A DNA stretch of 64,000 bases from Promethearchaeota archaeon (lineage in GTDB: Archaea > Asgardarchaeota > Lokiarchaeia > Sigyniarchaeales > SOKP01). Both the position numbers and the translations under genes were made by a program. A model generated the notes under the pieces. It made no database searches, was not told the origin of the DNA, and worked only from the letters and a program-made list of their open reading frames with translations. Below are positions 19,464 to 29,388 of this stretch, piece by piece (position 1 is the stretch's first letter; each line of letters starts with the position of its first letter). The DNA lies in assembly GCA_019057795.1 (NCBI GenBank), contig JAHLWS010000075.1, positions 44,498 to 108,497 of the forward strand, given 5' to 3'.

Positions 19464-21242
19464 TTAAAAGTTATTTGTTTTAAAATCTGATAAAGATACT
19501 CGTTTCCCAAAAATTCGCCTATAATCTTCAGATGATTGAAATAATTCGGAGTGATTTCCTTCCGCTACAATTCCTCCGTGCTTGAGAACTAAAATTTTAT
19601 CAGATGTCCGTATGGTATGAAGGCGATGAGTTATTATTAGAGTAGTTCTGTTCTTAATTATATTTTCCATCGCTCGTCCAATCTTCTCCTCCGTTTCACT
19701 ATCAATTGCAGAAACAGAATCGTCAAGTATTAGCATGGCAGGATTAGTTAAAAAAGCTCGAGCAATAGCCACCCGCTGTTTCTCTCCTCCTGAAAGCCGT
19801 GTACCTCTCTCACCTACAACAGTATTGTATCCATCCGAGAAATTTTGCACGAAATCATCAACTTGAGCAAGTTTTGCTATGTTAATTATTTCGTCGTGTC
19901 TAGCATTTTGGTTTCCAAAAGCGATATTTTCAAGTATAGTTTGCGAGAACAAGTAGATGTCTTGCTCTATATAGCCAATTTTTCTTCTTAGTTCTTCAAG
20001 GGGATAATCCTGAATGTTTTTCCCATCCAACAAAATAGTACCTTGTTGGGGTTCATAAAGGAGGAGCAGTAATTTTGCGATCGTTGTTTTGCCACACCCT
20101 GTGGGACCAACAAGAGCGACTTTTTGCTTCGGTTCGATAGTGAAATTGAGATTTTTCAGAACAGGAGGTCGATTTTTTTCTCCATTTTCATATGCAAAAG
20201 TTACATCTCTAAATTCTATTTTTCCTTTGAACTCCTTCGGCCACGATTGGTTCTTAATTCGTTGATCCTCGTTATCCTCGTTGGATAAAGATGTGAACAA
20301 GCGTGAACAAGCCGCAAACCCGCTCATCATATCATTAGTAGCCCACCAAATAAGGCTAGTTGGATCTACAAGAGTTATCAAAAGTAGATTCGTAGCGGCT
20401 AATTCTCCAATGGTTAATGAATTCTGGAATACAAATACAATGCTAAAGATAAGTGAAATTCCGATGGTTATATATAGAACTAACATAGGAAAATACTTTG
20501 CTTGTACTACATATTCTCCGATGGAGTTATCTCTAAAAGCGTTTACTGCTTTCTTAAACTTTTTACGTTCTAAACCTTCCGCAGCAAAAGATCTGACTAC
20601 AGAAGCACCTGTTATACTATCCTGTAATACAACTGCTAAATTTGAATGTTTTCTTAACCTTTTAGCAGCAAATGGCGCAATTTTTCTGCGATAAGACAAA
20701 ATAAAGTAAATATAAAAAAAAACAAAAGGAATACATGCTAAAGCTAATCTTATATCAAGCGTAGTAATAAGGAAGAGCAAAGTTATTGCAACTTGAAAGA
20801 ATGGATAGAAAAAAAAGCTTCCGTGGGAAATCATCGTATTGATTATACGCACATCATTGGTTGCTAGGGCTTGCAAATCCCCAGCTTTAGCATTATCATG
20901 ATATCTTAAAGGTTTATACTGGATAGTCTCAAAAAACTCTTGCCTCATATTTTGCTCGGTTTTCAAACCAATATAGTGACCGGTCATCATCGTTACATAA
21001 TCCATAGCATTGCGGATTAGATAAATTGCTAACCCCATAATAAGGAGCGTTATGAATTTATCGTAATCAAGAGCAATTAGCGCATCGTCTATTATCTCGC
21101 CAATAATTATAGGTATGAGGGTTCTTGTAAAAGTAACAATTATAATACCTATTATAACAAACAATATCAAGAATTTATTTTTGTAAAGATGGTGAAAGAG
21201 CCAAGTTTTATAACTTTTGTACTTCTTTCTCCCTAATTTCAT
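19464..21242 (-). CDS. ABC exporter half-transporter (TMD-NBD), degenerate Walker B subunit
   Basis: GPTGCGKTT, LSGGEKQR, ILDDSVSA. With its neighbour it forms a TM287/288-like pair. Confidence 0.95.
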   Translation of the reverse strand: MKLGRKKYKSYKTWLFHHLYKNKFLILFVIIGIIIVTFTRTLIPIIIGEIIDDALIALDYDKFITLLIMGLAIYLIRNAMDYVTMMTGHYIGLKTEQNMRQEFFETIQYKPLRYHDNAKAGDLQALATNDVRIINTMISHGSFFFYPFFQVAITLLFLITTLDIRLALACIPFVFFYIYFILSYRRKIAPFAAKRLRKHSNLAVVLQDSITGASVVRSFAAEGLERKKFKKAVNAFRDNSIGEYVVQAKYFPMLVLYITIGISLIFSIVFVFQNSLTIGELAATNLLLITLVDPTSLIWWATNDMMSGFAACSRLFTSLSNEDNEDQRIKNQSWPKEFKGKIEFRDVTFAYENGEKNRPPVLKNLNFTIEPKQKVALVGPTGCGKTTIAKLLLLLYEPQQGTILLDGKNIQDYPLEELRRKIGYIEQDIYLFSQTILENIAFGNQNARHDEIINIAKLAQVDDFVQNFSDGYNTVVGERGTRLSGGEKQRVAIARAFLTNPAMLILDDSVSAIDSETEEKIGRAMENIIKNRTTLIITHRLHTIRTSDKILVLKHGGIVAEGNHSELFQSSEDYRRIFGKRVSLSDFKTNNF

Positions 21243-21427
21243 GAAAGTTAACCTCTACCAGCTTTATACTTGACAAATAAACTTACATTAAATGAAATAA
21301 CTTCTCAGTCTAATAGTAAAATGAGTAATAACTTAAAAAGCCCAATAAACGCTTTGTTTAACCCTCTTAAAAGGTTTTATTAAAACTACACAAAAATTGT
21401 TGATTTTTTTTCCTATGGAGAATAAGA

Positions 21428-21581
21428 ATGTCTTCTAAAGAATTAAAAATTCATTGAACATGTAATTAGTGAGAATTTAGACCAAGCAGTAAGTTCATGT
21501 GCGTTTGATGTTGACAACGACTCGGACATCGATATTTTTACGGGCACGGGTGATGAAATAGCTTTCTGGGAGAATGATTAA
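21428..21581 (+). pseudogene. Frameshifted single FG-GAP/VCBS-type repeat remnant
   Basis: MSSKELK, then a 1-nt shift in an A-run, then FIEHVISENLDQAVSSCAFDVDNDSDIDIFTGTGDEIAFWEND*. Contains a DxDxDxDxDI loop and WEN. Confidence 0.6.
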
Positions 21582-21756
21582 ATCCTTGTTTTTAACATTA
21601 ATAGGGTTACTTTGTAAAAAATCGTAACAAAATTCGGTGATTCATTGATTAGTACCACCGAAAAAGAACGAAAGTTTATCCAAAGTGCAAGAAATTATTT
21701 TAAGTCTATTAAATTCTTCAAAATGAAGAGTGTGATAAAGATATTCCAACAAGTTT

Positions 21757-22188
21757 TTATCCGATATACTTCAATCCAACTATATCAAATATCCTTGAAA
21801 AATCTTGTATGTCTTGAGTATAGACTTCTGTAATTCCATGAGCTAACGCAATTCCAGCAATTTGACAATCCTTTTCTTTAATAGTTATTCCCTTTCCTTG
21901 TGATTGCGCATAAATATCTGCTGCTTTTTCAGCAGATTCTCTTGTAAAGTTAAGAATTCCACACTTTAAAAGGAATTTATCATAAGCTGCTAATAACTCT
22001 GGAACCTTGGAGGGTCTACCCCCTTTTAGGTATAGATTAGCAACGATTCCTGTATAGATCTCATAAATAGATATTGTAGATGTAAAAATAGGAATTTTGT
22101 TTTTTATATATTCTCGTATTTTTTCAACAATTAATGTATCTTCTTTTAAGAAACCAATAATGATGTTAATGTCTATTAAAACGGCCAT
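21757..22188 (-). CDS. vapC: PIN-domain VapC toxin
   Basis: LIDINIII.FL, TSTISIYEI..G, DCQIAGIALAHG...YTQD..DF. Confidence 0.9.
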   Translation of the reverse strand: MAVLIDINIIIGFLKEDTLIVEKIREYIKNKIPIFTSTISIYEIYTGIVANLYLKGGRPSKVPELLAAYDKFLLKCGILNFTRESAEKAADIYAQSQGKGITIKEKDCQIAGIALAHGITEVYTQDIQDFSRIFDIVGLKYIG

Positions 22189-22189
22189 T

Positions 22190-22423
22190 TTATATCAATT
22201 TAATATCAATTTCTTCTTCATGTATTTTTTTTACGATTTTTTCAACTAAATCCAAAGCAGGCTCTACATCACTGATTTTTTTCCAAGCCCCAGCTAAATC
22301 TAGAATATCAGCGTTAGATTCTAGTAATCTTTTTATCGCCTCTGAGAAACTTTCATTCTTTAATCGATACTTGTCGAGTTGATTATAGATTTCTTCCTTT
22401 ATTGAAATTGATCGTGATGGCAT
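22190..22423 (-). CDS. vapB: Archaeal VapB-type antitoxin
   Basis: SISIKEEIY..L......ESFSEAIKRLL.......LAGAW. Lies immediately upstream of the PIN gene. Confidence 0.88.
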   Translation of the reverse strand: MPSRSISIKEEIYNQLDKYRLKNESFSEAIKRLLESNADILDLAGAWKKISDVEPALDLVEKIVKKIHEEEIDIKLI

Positions 22424-22665
22424 TTTTACTCACTGATATATATATACATGTGATCATATAAAAATTACTATTTTTTATATTTCAAATATATTCAATTCGG
22501 CTTTTTCGCTATGATAAAAAAGTCTTAGAACAACTATACGATTTTCATGTGATAATCTTCAAAAAAGTAAGACTTCCTCAGAACAAAATTAATAATCTAG
22601 CTCAGCAAACATTTTGGGACAAATAAATATAAATTAAAATAAAAAAATAAAATAAAAATTAAGGT

Positions 22666-24678
22666 TTAACCTACTTCGACATCCATTTTCTTGCGCTCTT
22701 CAAGCAATACATCGACTATTGAAGGATCGGCTAAGGTCGTAACATTACCGATTTCTGTACCTGAAGCTATGGCCTTCAAAATCCTGCGCATAATCTTACC
22801 GCTTCTCGTCTTTGGCAAGGCATCAGCAAATTGAATTACGTCCGGCTGAAATACTGGACCTATCTCTTGTCTAACATGCATACGAATTTCTTTCGATAAC
22901 TTCGCTGATTTTTCAATGCCGCCCATTAATGTCACGAACGCCCAAATAGCTTGTCCCTTTATTTTATGCGGAAAGGGTGCTATGGCAGCTTCCGCTACCT
23001 TTGGATGGCTCACTATAGCAGATTCTACTTCCATTGTTCCTATGCGGTGTCCAGATACCTTAATAACATCGTCTAATCGTCCAAGGATCCAATAATAGCC
23101 ATCGTCATCTGTTCGTGCTCCATCACCAGTGTAATAATGCCCTGGATATTTTTCGAGATAAGTTGATTTAAATCTCTCAGTATCTCCCCAAACATCACGT
23201 AACATACCCAGCCAGGGTGTTTGAATTGCAAAGTAACCACCTTCGTTTGGCTCGGTGATTTCATCACCTTCTAAGTCAAAAATAACTGGTTTGATGCCGA
23301 AAAAAGGCATACAACAGGATCCTGGCTTTGTAGGTGTTGCTGTAGCAATTGGTGTCATGATAAAGCCGCCCGTTTCTGATAGCCAATGTACTCGAAATGA
23401 TTACATTTTTTGCCAGTATGTATCTACTATCGGGCAGCGCTCTTTACCAACAACTCTATGATACCATGTCCATGCTTCGGGATTTATTGGTTCTCCAACA
23501 GTACCTAGGACTTTTAATGAGCTTAGGTCGTGCCTATTTACTGGTTCATCACCGTGTCTCATTAAAGCACGTATTGCAGTAGGTGCTGTATAAAATTGGT
23601 TGACTTTATGGCGTTCTACAATGTCCCAAAAACGATCTACATCAGGATATGTTGGAACGCTTTCAAACATTAAAGTAGTTGCTCCATTTGCCAACGGACC
23701 ATATATGATATAACTATGACCAGTTATCCAACCTATGTCTGCAGTACAATACCAAACCTCGCCTTCCTTGTAGTTGAATACGACTCTATGAGTGAAGGAT
23801 GTGTATAAGATATATCCGGCTGTTGTGTGTTTAACGCCTTTAGGCTTTCCTGTGGTGCCGCTTGTATAGAGTAAAAATAGTGTATCTTCGGAGTCCATTT
23901 CTTCGGGTTCGCACTCGTCGCTCATTCCATCGATAAAATCATCATACCAGATGTCTTTATCTGTGTGAGGGACTTCGTTTCCTGAACGCTTAACGACAAT
24001 AACATGTTCAATTGTAGGCACATCATCAATAATCTTAACGACATCAGCCATTTTTGGGTAAGTCTTACCAGCTCGTAAAGTTTCGTCACTTGTAAACAAT
24101 AGTCGCGAATCAGAATCTTTCACTCTATCTTTCACAGCTTCTTTCGAAAATCCACCGAATACTATGGAATGAATCACGCCGATTCGGGCACAGGCTAGCA
24201 TTATTATCGCTAATTCGGGAATCATTGGTAACCAAATGGTTACTCTATCGCCCTTTTTCAGTCCGAAATCTCTCATACCGTTAGCTACTTTACTTACTTC
24301 TTTTAAAAGCTCGGTATATGTGAATTTTCTCACTTGTCCGGGTTCATCCGCTTCCCATATAATAGCGACGCGATCTCCATTGCCTGCTTTCACATGTCTG
24401 TCAAGGCAATTGTAGGCTACGTTAAGTTTTCCGCCAACAAACCATTTACCAGGGAACAGATCGGTTTTTTCCCATACTTTATCGTATGGTTTAATCCAAT
24501 CGATTGATTTAGCTTGTTCGTCCCAGAACCCTTCCATATCTTCGATGGATCGTTTATATAACTTCTGATATTCATCCATTGACATTCCAGTTTTCGCATA
24601 GTCGGGACTGACATCTACAGGGTTAAATATCCGATTTTCAGTGAGTACACTTTTCATTTTTGTGTCTTTTTCTGACAT
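22666..24678 (-). CDS. acs: AMP-forming acetyl-CoA synthetase, interrupted by a 30-nt putative BHB intron (660 aa after removal)
   Basis: Track ORFs 23401..24678 and 22666..23358 are in the same frame. Motifs LYTSGTTGKPKG, ADIGWITGHSY, GEPINPEAW, DTYWQ/ETGG, TGDGA, GRLDDV, LPKTRSGKIMRR. The only lesion is the 30-nt insert. Confidence 0.95.
23379..23408 (-). other. Putative bulge-helix-bulge mRNA intron in acs (AAATGTAATCATTTCGAGTACATTGGCTAT)
   Basis: Contains an in-frame TAA. Intron stem AATGTA/TACATT, two 3-nt bulges (AAA, ATC) flanking a 4-position central helix GGCA/GGCT (3 pairs plus an A.G). Excision gives TGG CAA ACA GAA ACG GGC GGC = WQTETGG. Confidence 0.78.
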
Positions 24679-24948
24679 AATATTTCACTAATTTGAATCT
24701 CTAATTTAATTGTGTAGTTAGATTTTCTTGATTTTTTCAATTCTTTAAAAATTTAAAAGGTTTTTTTTCAATCTTATCACATTTAAACTTTTTGGATTAA
24801 ATGGACAGTATTGATTCAAGAAGATAATATATGATATTATTTTTAAAGATTTTATTTATAAATAATATAAAAAGGGTACTATGGGTATACGATTCAATAA
24901 ACACAATGTTCAAAAAAATTATAAAAATAAAAAATATTAGAAATAGAA

Positions 24949-25176
24949 CTAACTTCTATCATAAGCATATTCTGAAAAACCCAAAATCTTATCGCACGAT
25001 GGACAAACCCACATTCTTACATTATTGCTACTAAGTCCAACATATATTTTTTCTCCTTTAAAGTCTCCGATTCTTTTTTTAATTTTTCCTTTTTTAGTCT
25101 CTTTCTCAGTAACTTCGAAAAAATCTTCTAAATGAATTTCTACATCACAATACGGACATTTTGACATATTGATCAA
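24949..25176 (-). CDS. Small zinc-ribbon protein
   Basis: CPYC...CPSCDKILG. Start probably the ATG at 25167. Confidence 0.75.
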   Translation of the reverse strand: MINMSKCPYCDVEIHLEDFFEVTEKETKKGKIKKRIGDFKGEKIYVGLSSNNVRMWVCPSCDKILGFSEYAYDRS

Positions 25177-25329
25177 GAAGAAATTTGAATATAAATAGAT
25201 TACTTAACTATAATTTTAGGGGGAAGAAAGTTATAAGAATTAATATTCTAAAAGATTCGTATTCAATAGAAAAGAATTTTAAATAATCGTATAATCTTTT
25301 TATTTAATTATATTAAGGAGTAAAAAATA

Positions 25330-25635
25330 ATGCCAAATTGCGAAATTTGCGATCAAGAGCTCGTTGAGGGGGATTTTGAGGAAAAGATAGGAATTTGTGT
25401 TAACTGTATCATGATTGAGAGTAGAGAGATGAGTTCGAAAACATTACTTATTGTATTCATGTTCTTTTTAGGAGGATTAATGTTTATTGTGACATTTTTA
25501 CAGATAATTTTTAATGTAACTTTCTTATTCGTAGACTTTGAGCAATATATTTTTTATTTAATTCCTCCATTGATTGTGTGTGTCGTTTCTGGTAGTGTAG
25601 TAATTTATATTTCATTTTTTTTAAAATTCAAGTAA
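25330..25635 (+). CDS. Small zinc-finger plus two-TM protein, hypothetical
   Basis: CEIC...CVNC followed by two hydrophobic helices, with an AGGAG SD upstream. Confidence 0.7.
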   Translation: MPNCEICDQELVEGDFEEKIGICVNCIMIESREMSSKTLLIVFMFFLGGLMFIVTFLQIIFNVTFLFVDFEQYIFYLIPPLIVCVVSGSVVIYISFFLKFK

Positions 25636-25849
25636 TTCCCAGAGAAGAAAATACCAGAATAAGTATTAGGACGATTAATGTATCTTTCTGGTTTCAAATA
25701 GAATGAATTGCACAAAAACTATATTTATATGAATGGTTTTATTAGTAGTTTCAAATATTATTATTTTTTAAAGTAAAAATATTAAAGATATTCGACCTAA
25801 CTATTTTTTAAAAATAAATGAAAAATTAAAATAAAATAAGAATCTTATA

Positions 25850-27757
25850 ATGGGCCAAATTGAATCGTTAGACGGGGAATGGCGGGAAAAATGGAAAGAT
25901 AAAGAAATTACCGCAAAAGGAGCCATAAAGAAGATTGTTCTTGGGAATCGTGTATTCATAGGTTCTGCGTGTTCGGAGCCTCAAGCGCTTACTGCTGAAT
26001 TAATTAAATCTTCTGAAAGCTTGATTGATACGGAGATCATACATTTTCTTACGATTGGTCCTGAAAAATACTTTAAAGATAAAGCGGAAGATCTTTTTAG
26101 ACATAACGCTTTTTTCATAGGTAAAACCCTACGAGAGGAGATAAATAAAGGGCAAGCTGACTATACACCAATATTAGCGAGCGAAATTCCTTCTTTATTT
26201 CTTTCAGGGCGTAAAAATTGCGATGTTGCTCTTATTCAAGTCACACCACCAGATCGTTATGGTTTTTGTTCGTTTGGGATTAACATTGATGTAGCTAAAC
26301 CCATAGCCCAAGCTGCTTATTTAACAATAGCTGAAATTAACCCTCAAATGCCCCGGACCTTGGGTAATAGCTTCATTCACATGAAAGACATCGACTATTT
26401 CGTTTACAACGATGTGCCACTGTTAGAGTTCCAATTTAAAGAAAAAATTGATGTTTCGAGAAAAATTGGAAAGAATGTGGCAAATTTAATTGAAAATAAA
26501 TCGACAATTCATATTGGTAACGGTTATTTACCGAACGCCTGCTTAAAATATTTAATGAATAAAAAAGATTTAGGCATGCATAGCCACTATATTACTGATA
26601 ATATAATTCCTTTGATAGAAAACACAGTTCTAACTTGTAGAAAGAAGAATTTTCACCCTGAAAAGATTATAACAAGTTTTGCATTAGGTACTAAAAAGTT
26701 ATATGACTTCGTAAATAACAACCCGTATATTGAGTTTTATCCTAGTGACTATGTATGTAATCCAAAATACATTGGAATGAACAAAAAAATGGTTTCTATA
26801 AATCAAGCGTTGCAAATTGATTTAACAGGGCAAGTTAATACTTCTACTAAAGGGTATAACTTTTATTCTGGAATTGGGGATACGGTAGATTTCATGAGGG
26901 GGGCTGCTTTTTCTAAAGGTGGAAAACCGATTGTTGTACTTTCGTCAACAAGAAAAAATGAGACCGTTTCAAATATTGTACCCCATTTAGATGAAGGTGC
27001 TGGTGTAATTTTATCTCGAGCAGACATTCATTACGTAGTTACCGAATGGGGGATCGCTTATGTGCACGGTAAGACAATTAGAGAGCGAGTAATTGAATTA
27101 ATTTGCGTAGCTCACCCTAAATTTAGAGAACAGTTGTTAGAACACGCGAAAAAGTTGAATTACATTTATTCGGATCAAATTCTACCTTGCGACGAGCAAG
27201 GAAATATATGTATTTATCCTTCTAAGTATGAAACTATATACACCGCAAGAGATAACGAAAAAATCGTAGTTAGACCAGTTAGAACCACTGACGAGCCTTT
27301 ATTAAAAGAACTTTATTATTCCTTAAACGAGAGAGATAGGTATTTACGCTTTTTTGAAGTTAGGAAGGAATTCACTCATTCTAAAACACAAAGTGAAGTA
27401 AATATCGATTATAACAATGTATTTTCTATAGGAGCGTATGTGGGAGAGATCAGAAACGAAGCGATGGTAGGAAATGCTACTTATTATTTAAATCCCGCCA
27501 TGAATTTAGCAGAATATAGTTTTGTAGTAAGAGAGGATTATAGAGGAAAAGGCATAGGTTCCTTTCTCTATCACCATTTAATTATCATCGCGAAAGAAAA
27601 AGGGATAAAAGGATTTTATGGCAGCATTCACATTCAAAATAAAAGCACAGTCCAAATTATCCGAAAAGGAGGATATACTAAAATTAATCCACCTAAAGTG
27701 GGTGAAAAAGAATTGTTTTACGAAGTGTATTTTGACAAGGAGAATTCGATGGATTAA
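25850..27757 (+). CDS. Acetyl-CoA hydrolase/CoA-transferase-like domain fused to a C-terminal GNAT acetyltransferase
   Basis: DVALIQVTPPD..G..S.G, INPQMPRT.G, DLTGQV, DFMRGA..S.GG, VVTEWG, AHP.FR. C-terminal RYLRFF...AEYSFVVREDYRGKGIGS. Confidence 0.9.
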   Translation: MGQIESLDGEWREKWKDKEITAKGAIKKIVLGNRVFIGSACSEPQALTAELIKSSESLIDTEIIHFLTIGPEKYFKDKAEDLFRHNAFFIGKTLREEINKGQADYTPILASEIPSLFLSGRKNCDVALIQVTPPDRYGFCSFGINIDVAKPIAQAAYLTIAEINPQMPRTLGNSFIHMKDIDYFVYNDVPLLEFQFKEKIDVSRKIGKNVANLIENKSTIHIGNGYLPNACLKYLMNKKDLGMHSHYITDNIIPLIENTVLTCRKKNFHPEKIITSFALGTKKLYDFVNNNPYIEFYPSDYVCNPKYIGMNKKMVSINQALQIDLTGQVNTSTKGYNFYSGIGDTVDFMRGAAFSKGGKPIVVLSSTRKNETVSNIVPHLDEGAGVILSRADIHYVVTEWGIAYVHGKTIRERVIELICVAHPKFREQLLEHAKKLNYIYSDQILPCDEQGNICIYPSKYETIYTARDNEKIVVRPVRTTDEPLLKELYYSLNERDRYLRFFEVRKEFTHSKTQSEVNIDYNNVFSIGAYVGEIRNEAMVGNATYYLNPAMNLAEYSFVVREDYRGKGIGSFLYHHLIIIAKEKGIKGFYGSIHIQNKSTVQIIRKGGYTKINPPKVGEKELFYEVYFDKENSMD

Positions 27758-27806
27758 ATAAACAAAATTTTTATCTAACTTTCTTAATTATTAAAAATAC
27801 AATCTT

Positions 27807-28601
27807 ATGAAGTTTAAACATACTGATTATCACATCCATACGAACTGGAGCGCAGATATCTCGAAAAATGGTCCTGTTTTTGAAGATTATATTAAGATTG
27901 CTGAAGCAAATGAAATTAACATCTGTTTTCTTGATCATTATGAACTGTATTACATAGAACAAGACAAAACAAACCCGTTTTACGATAGCAAAATCGACGA
28001 TTACCTTGAAGAGATAGACGAGTTAAAAGAAACTTATAATTTCATCCTTAGCGGTCTCGAAGTAGAATATTACCGAGATCGGGAAATAGAATTAATGGAA
28101 TTTATGGACGATTACGGTAAAGAATTGGATTTTATTGGTGGAACAATCCACGAGTGGATTTATCGCTATCCGATAACATCAAGAGAAAAATTATTACAAT
28201 TGTTAGAAAAGATACCAATGAAGCAAGTTATAGACGACTACTTTGAAATTAGCGAGATGATGATAAAATCTAAAATATTTAAAAATGTATGTCATATAGA
28301 CACGATCTACCGATATATCAACGATAACGACATAAAAGTTTTGGACGATTGCAACACTTCGGAAGATCGGATATTAGATCTTGGCCGTTTGTGTATAAAG
28401 AACAAAATTCACATTGAATATAATCTATCTGGTTTAAAATTTCCAATTAATCGACCTTTTCCTTCTAAAGAAATTGTACATCAATTAAAATCAGAACGAG
28501 CGAAATTTTTTGTTGGGTCAGACTCGCATTCAGTTAAGTACTTTCAAGAACAAATTCCTAAGGTAAAGAAAGCGTACCAATTTTTAGGGTTAAACAAATA
28601 A
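27807..28601 (+). CDS. PHP-family phosphoesterase (HisK histidinol-phosphatase-like)
   Basis: DYHIHT..S.D, LDH, GLEVEY, GTIH, HID, GSDSH. Confidence 0.88.
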   Translation: MKFKHTDYHIHTNWSADISKNGPVFEDYIKIAEANEINICFLDHYELYYIEQDKTNPFYDSKIDDYLEEIDELKETYNFILSGLEVEYYRDREIELMEFMDDYGKELDFIGGTIHEWIYRYPITSREKLLQLLEKIPMKQVIDDYFEISEMMIKSKIFKNVCHIDTIYRYINDNDIKVLDDCNTSEDRILDLGRLCIKNKIHIEYNLSGLKFPINRPFPSKEIVHQLKSERAKFFVGSDSHSVKYFQEQIPKVKKAYQFLGLNK

Positions 28602-28615
28602 AACACACAATAATT

Positions 28616-29329
28616 ATGAAATCAAAAAATATATTTAACAAGCTCAATAATTGGGATCAGAAGATTATTTTAAAATATAACGGTATTGGAGGCATATTAT
28701 TTACTAATTTTCTAAAAATTGTATCATTTTTTGGAAGAGAGACTTTATGGATCATTCTAATGGTGTTTTACTTATTCATTTGGTACGCACCATTTTTGTT
28801 TTCAAATATTTCTACAATATTTTTACTTGGTGTAATCATAATTGCTCCATTAAAAAAGAGTTTTGATAGAGAAAGGCCTTTTGAAACGCTAAAAGATATA
28901 AATGTTCTAGAGCGAAAACCAACTTCAAGGAGTTTTCCTTCTTGGCACGCTTATAATGTTATTTCTCAAGGATTGTTATGTGCTTATTTGTTAAACTCAA
29001 TAGCGATAACCATTATTGTCTCTATTTTTGCTGTGATTGTTTCTTTTTCCAGGATTCAATTAGGTGTACATTACCCTAGTGATGTAATTTTCGGTTTTTT
29101 TATTGGGATTATTGGTTTTTTATTAGCTGTAATTATTGTAGCACCTATCTTGTTGAGAATAATTACTTTTTTTGAGCAATTTTTTGGAGGTACTGTTCAT
29201 TATCACATACTTAATCCCTTGCTATTTGAAAACATATTGTATTTAATTTTAGTTATTGGGATAGTTACATTAGTTATTCTTGTTGCCATTTACAAAAGAA
29301 TTAAAGAAATTTTTGAGAGTATTAAATAA
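28616..29329 (+). CDS. PAP2-family membrane phosphatase
   Basis: K....R.RP, SFPSWH, SRIQLGVHYPSDV. Confidence 0.92.
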   Translation: MKSKNIFNKLNNWDQKIILKYNGIGGILFTNFLKIVSFFGRETLWIILMVFYLFIWYAPFLFSNISTIFLLGVIIIAPLKKSFDRERPFETLKDINVLERKPTSRSFPSWHAYNVISQGLLCAYLLNSIAITIIVSIFAVIVSFSRIQLGVHYPSDVIFGFFIGIIGFLLAVIIVAPILLRIITFFEQFFGGTVHYHILNPLLFENILYLILVIGIVTLVILVAIYKRIKEIFESIK

Positions 29330-29388
29330 ATAGAACCTCTCTTTGTCGGTCTAAAGCAAGTTACAATAAATCAATTCTAATGAAAGGT

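Noticed and set aside
22666-23358. Treating acs as two independent genes or as a frameshifted pseudogene
   Set aside because: Both parts are in one frame, the break falls inside a core motif, and there is no other decay. A precise 30-nt structured insert explains the split better. A recent pseudogenising insertion is not fully excluded.
23377-23410. Alternative BHB registers removing 28 or 32 nt
   Set aside because: Both can be drawn but shift the frame. Only the 30-nt register restores WQTETGG and uses the full 6-bp intron stem directly after the bulge.
23383-23415. Ribosomal bypass between the two TGG codons 30 nt apart, or TAA readthrough
   Set aside because: The stop does not directly follow the take-off codon, and the product (WLSETGG) would lose the conserved Gln. 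Readthrough would put ten residues into the adenylate-binding motif.
25656-25693. Short inverted repeat ACCAGAA/TTCTGGT (also AAGTCTTA/TAAGACTT near 22519..22575)
   Set aside because: Single 7-8 bp stems are expected by chance in AT-rich spacers, and there is no supporting context.
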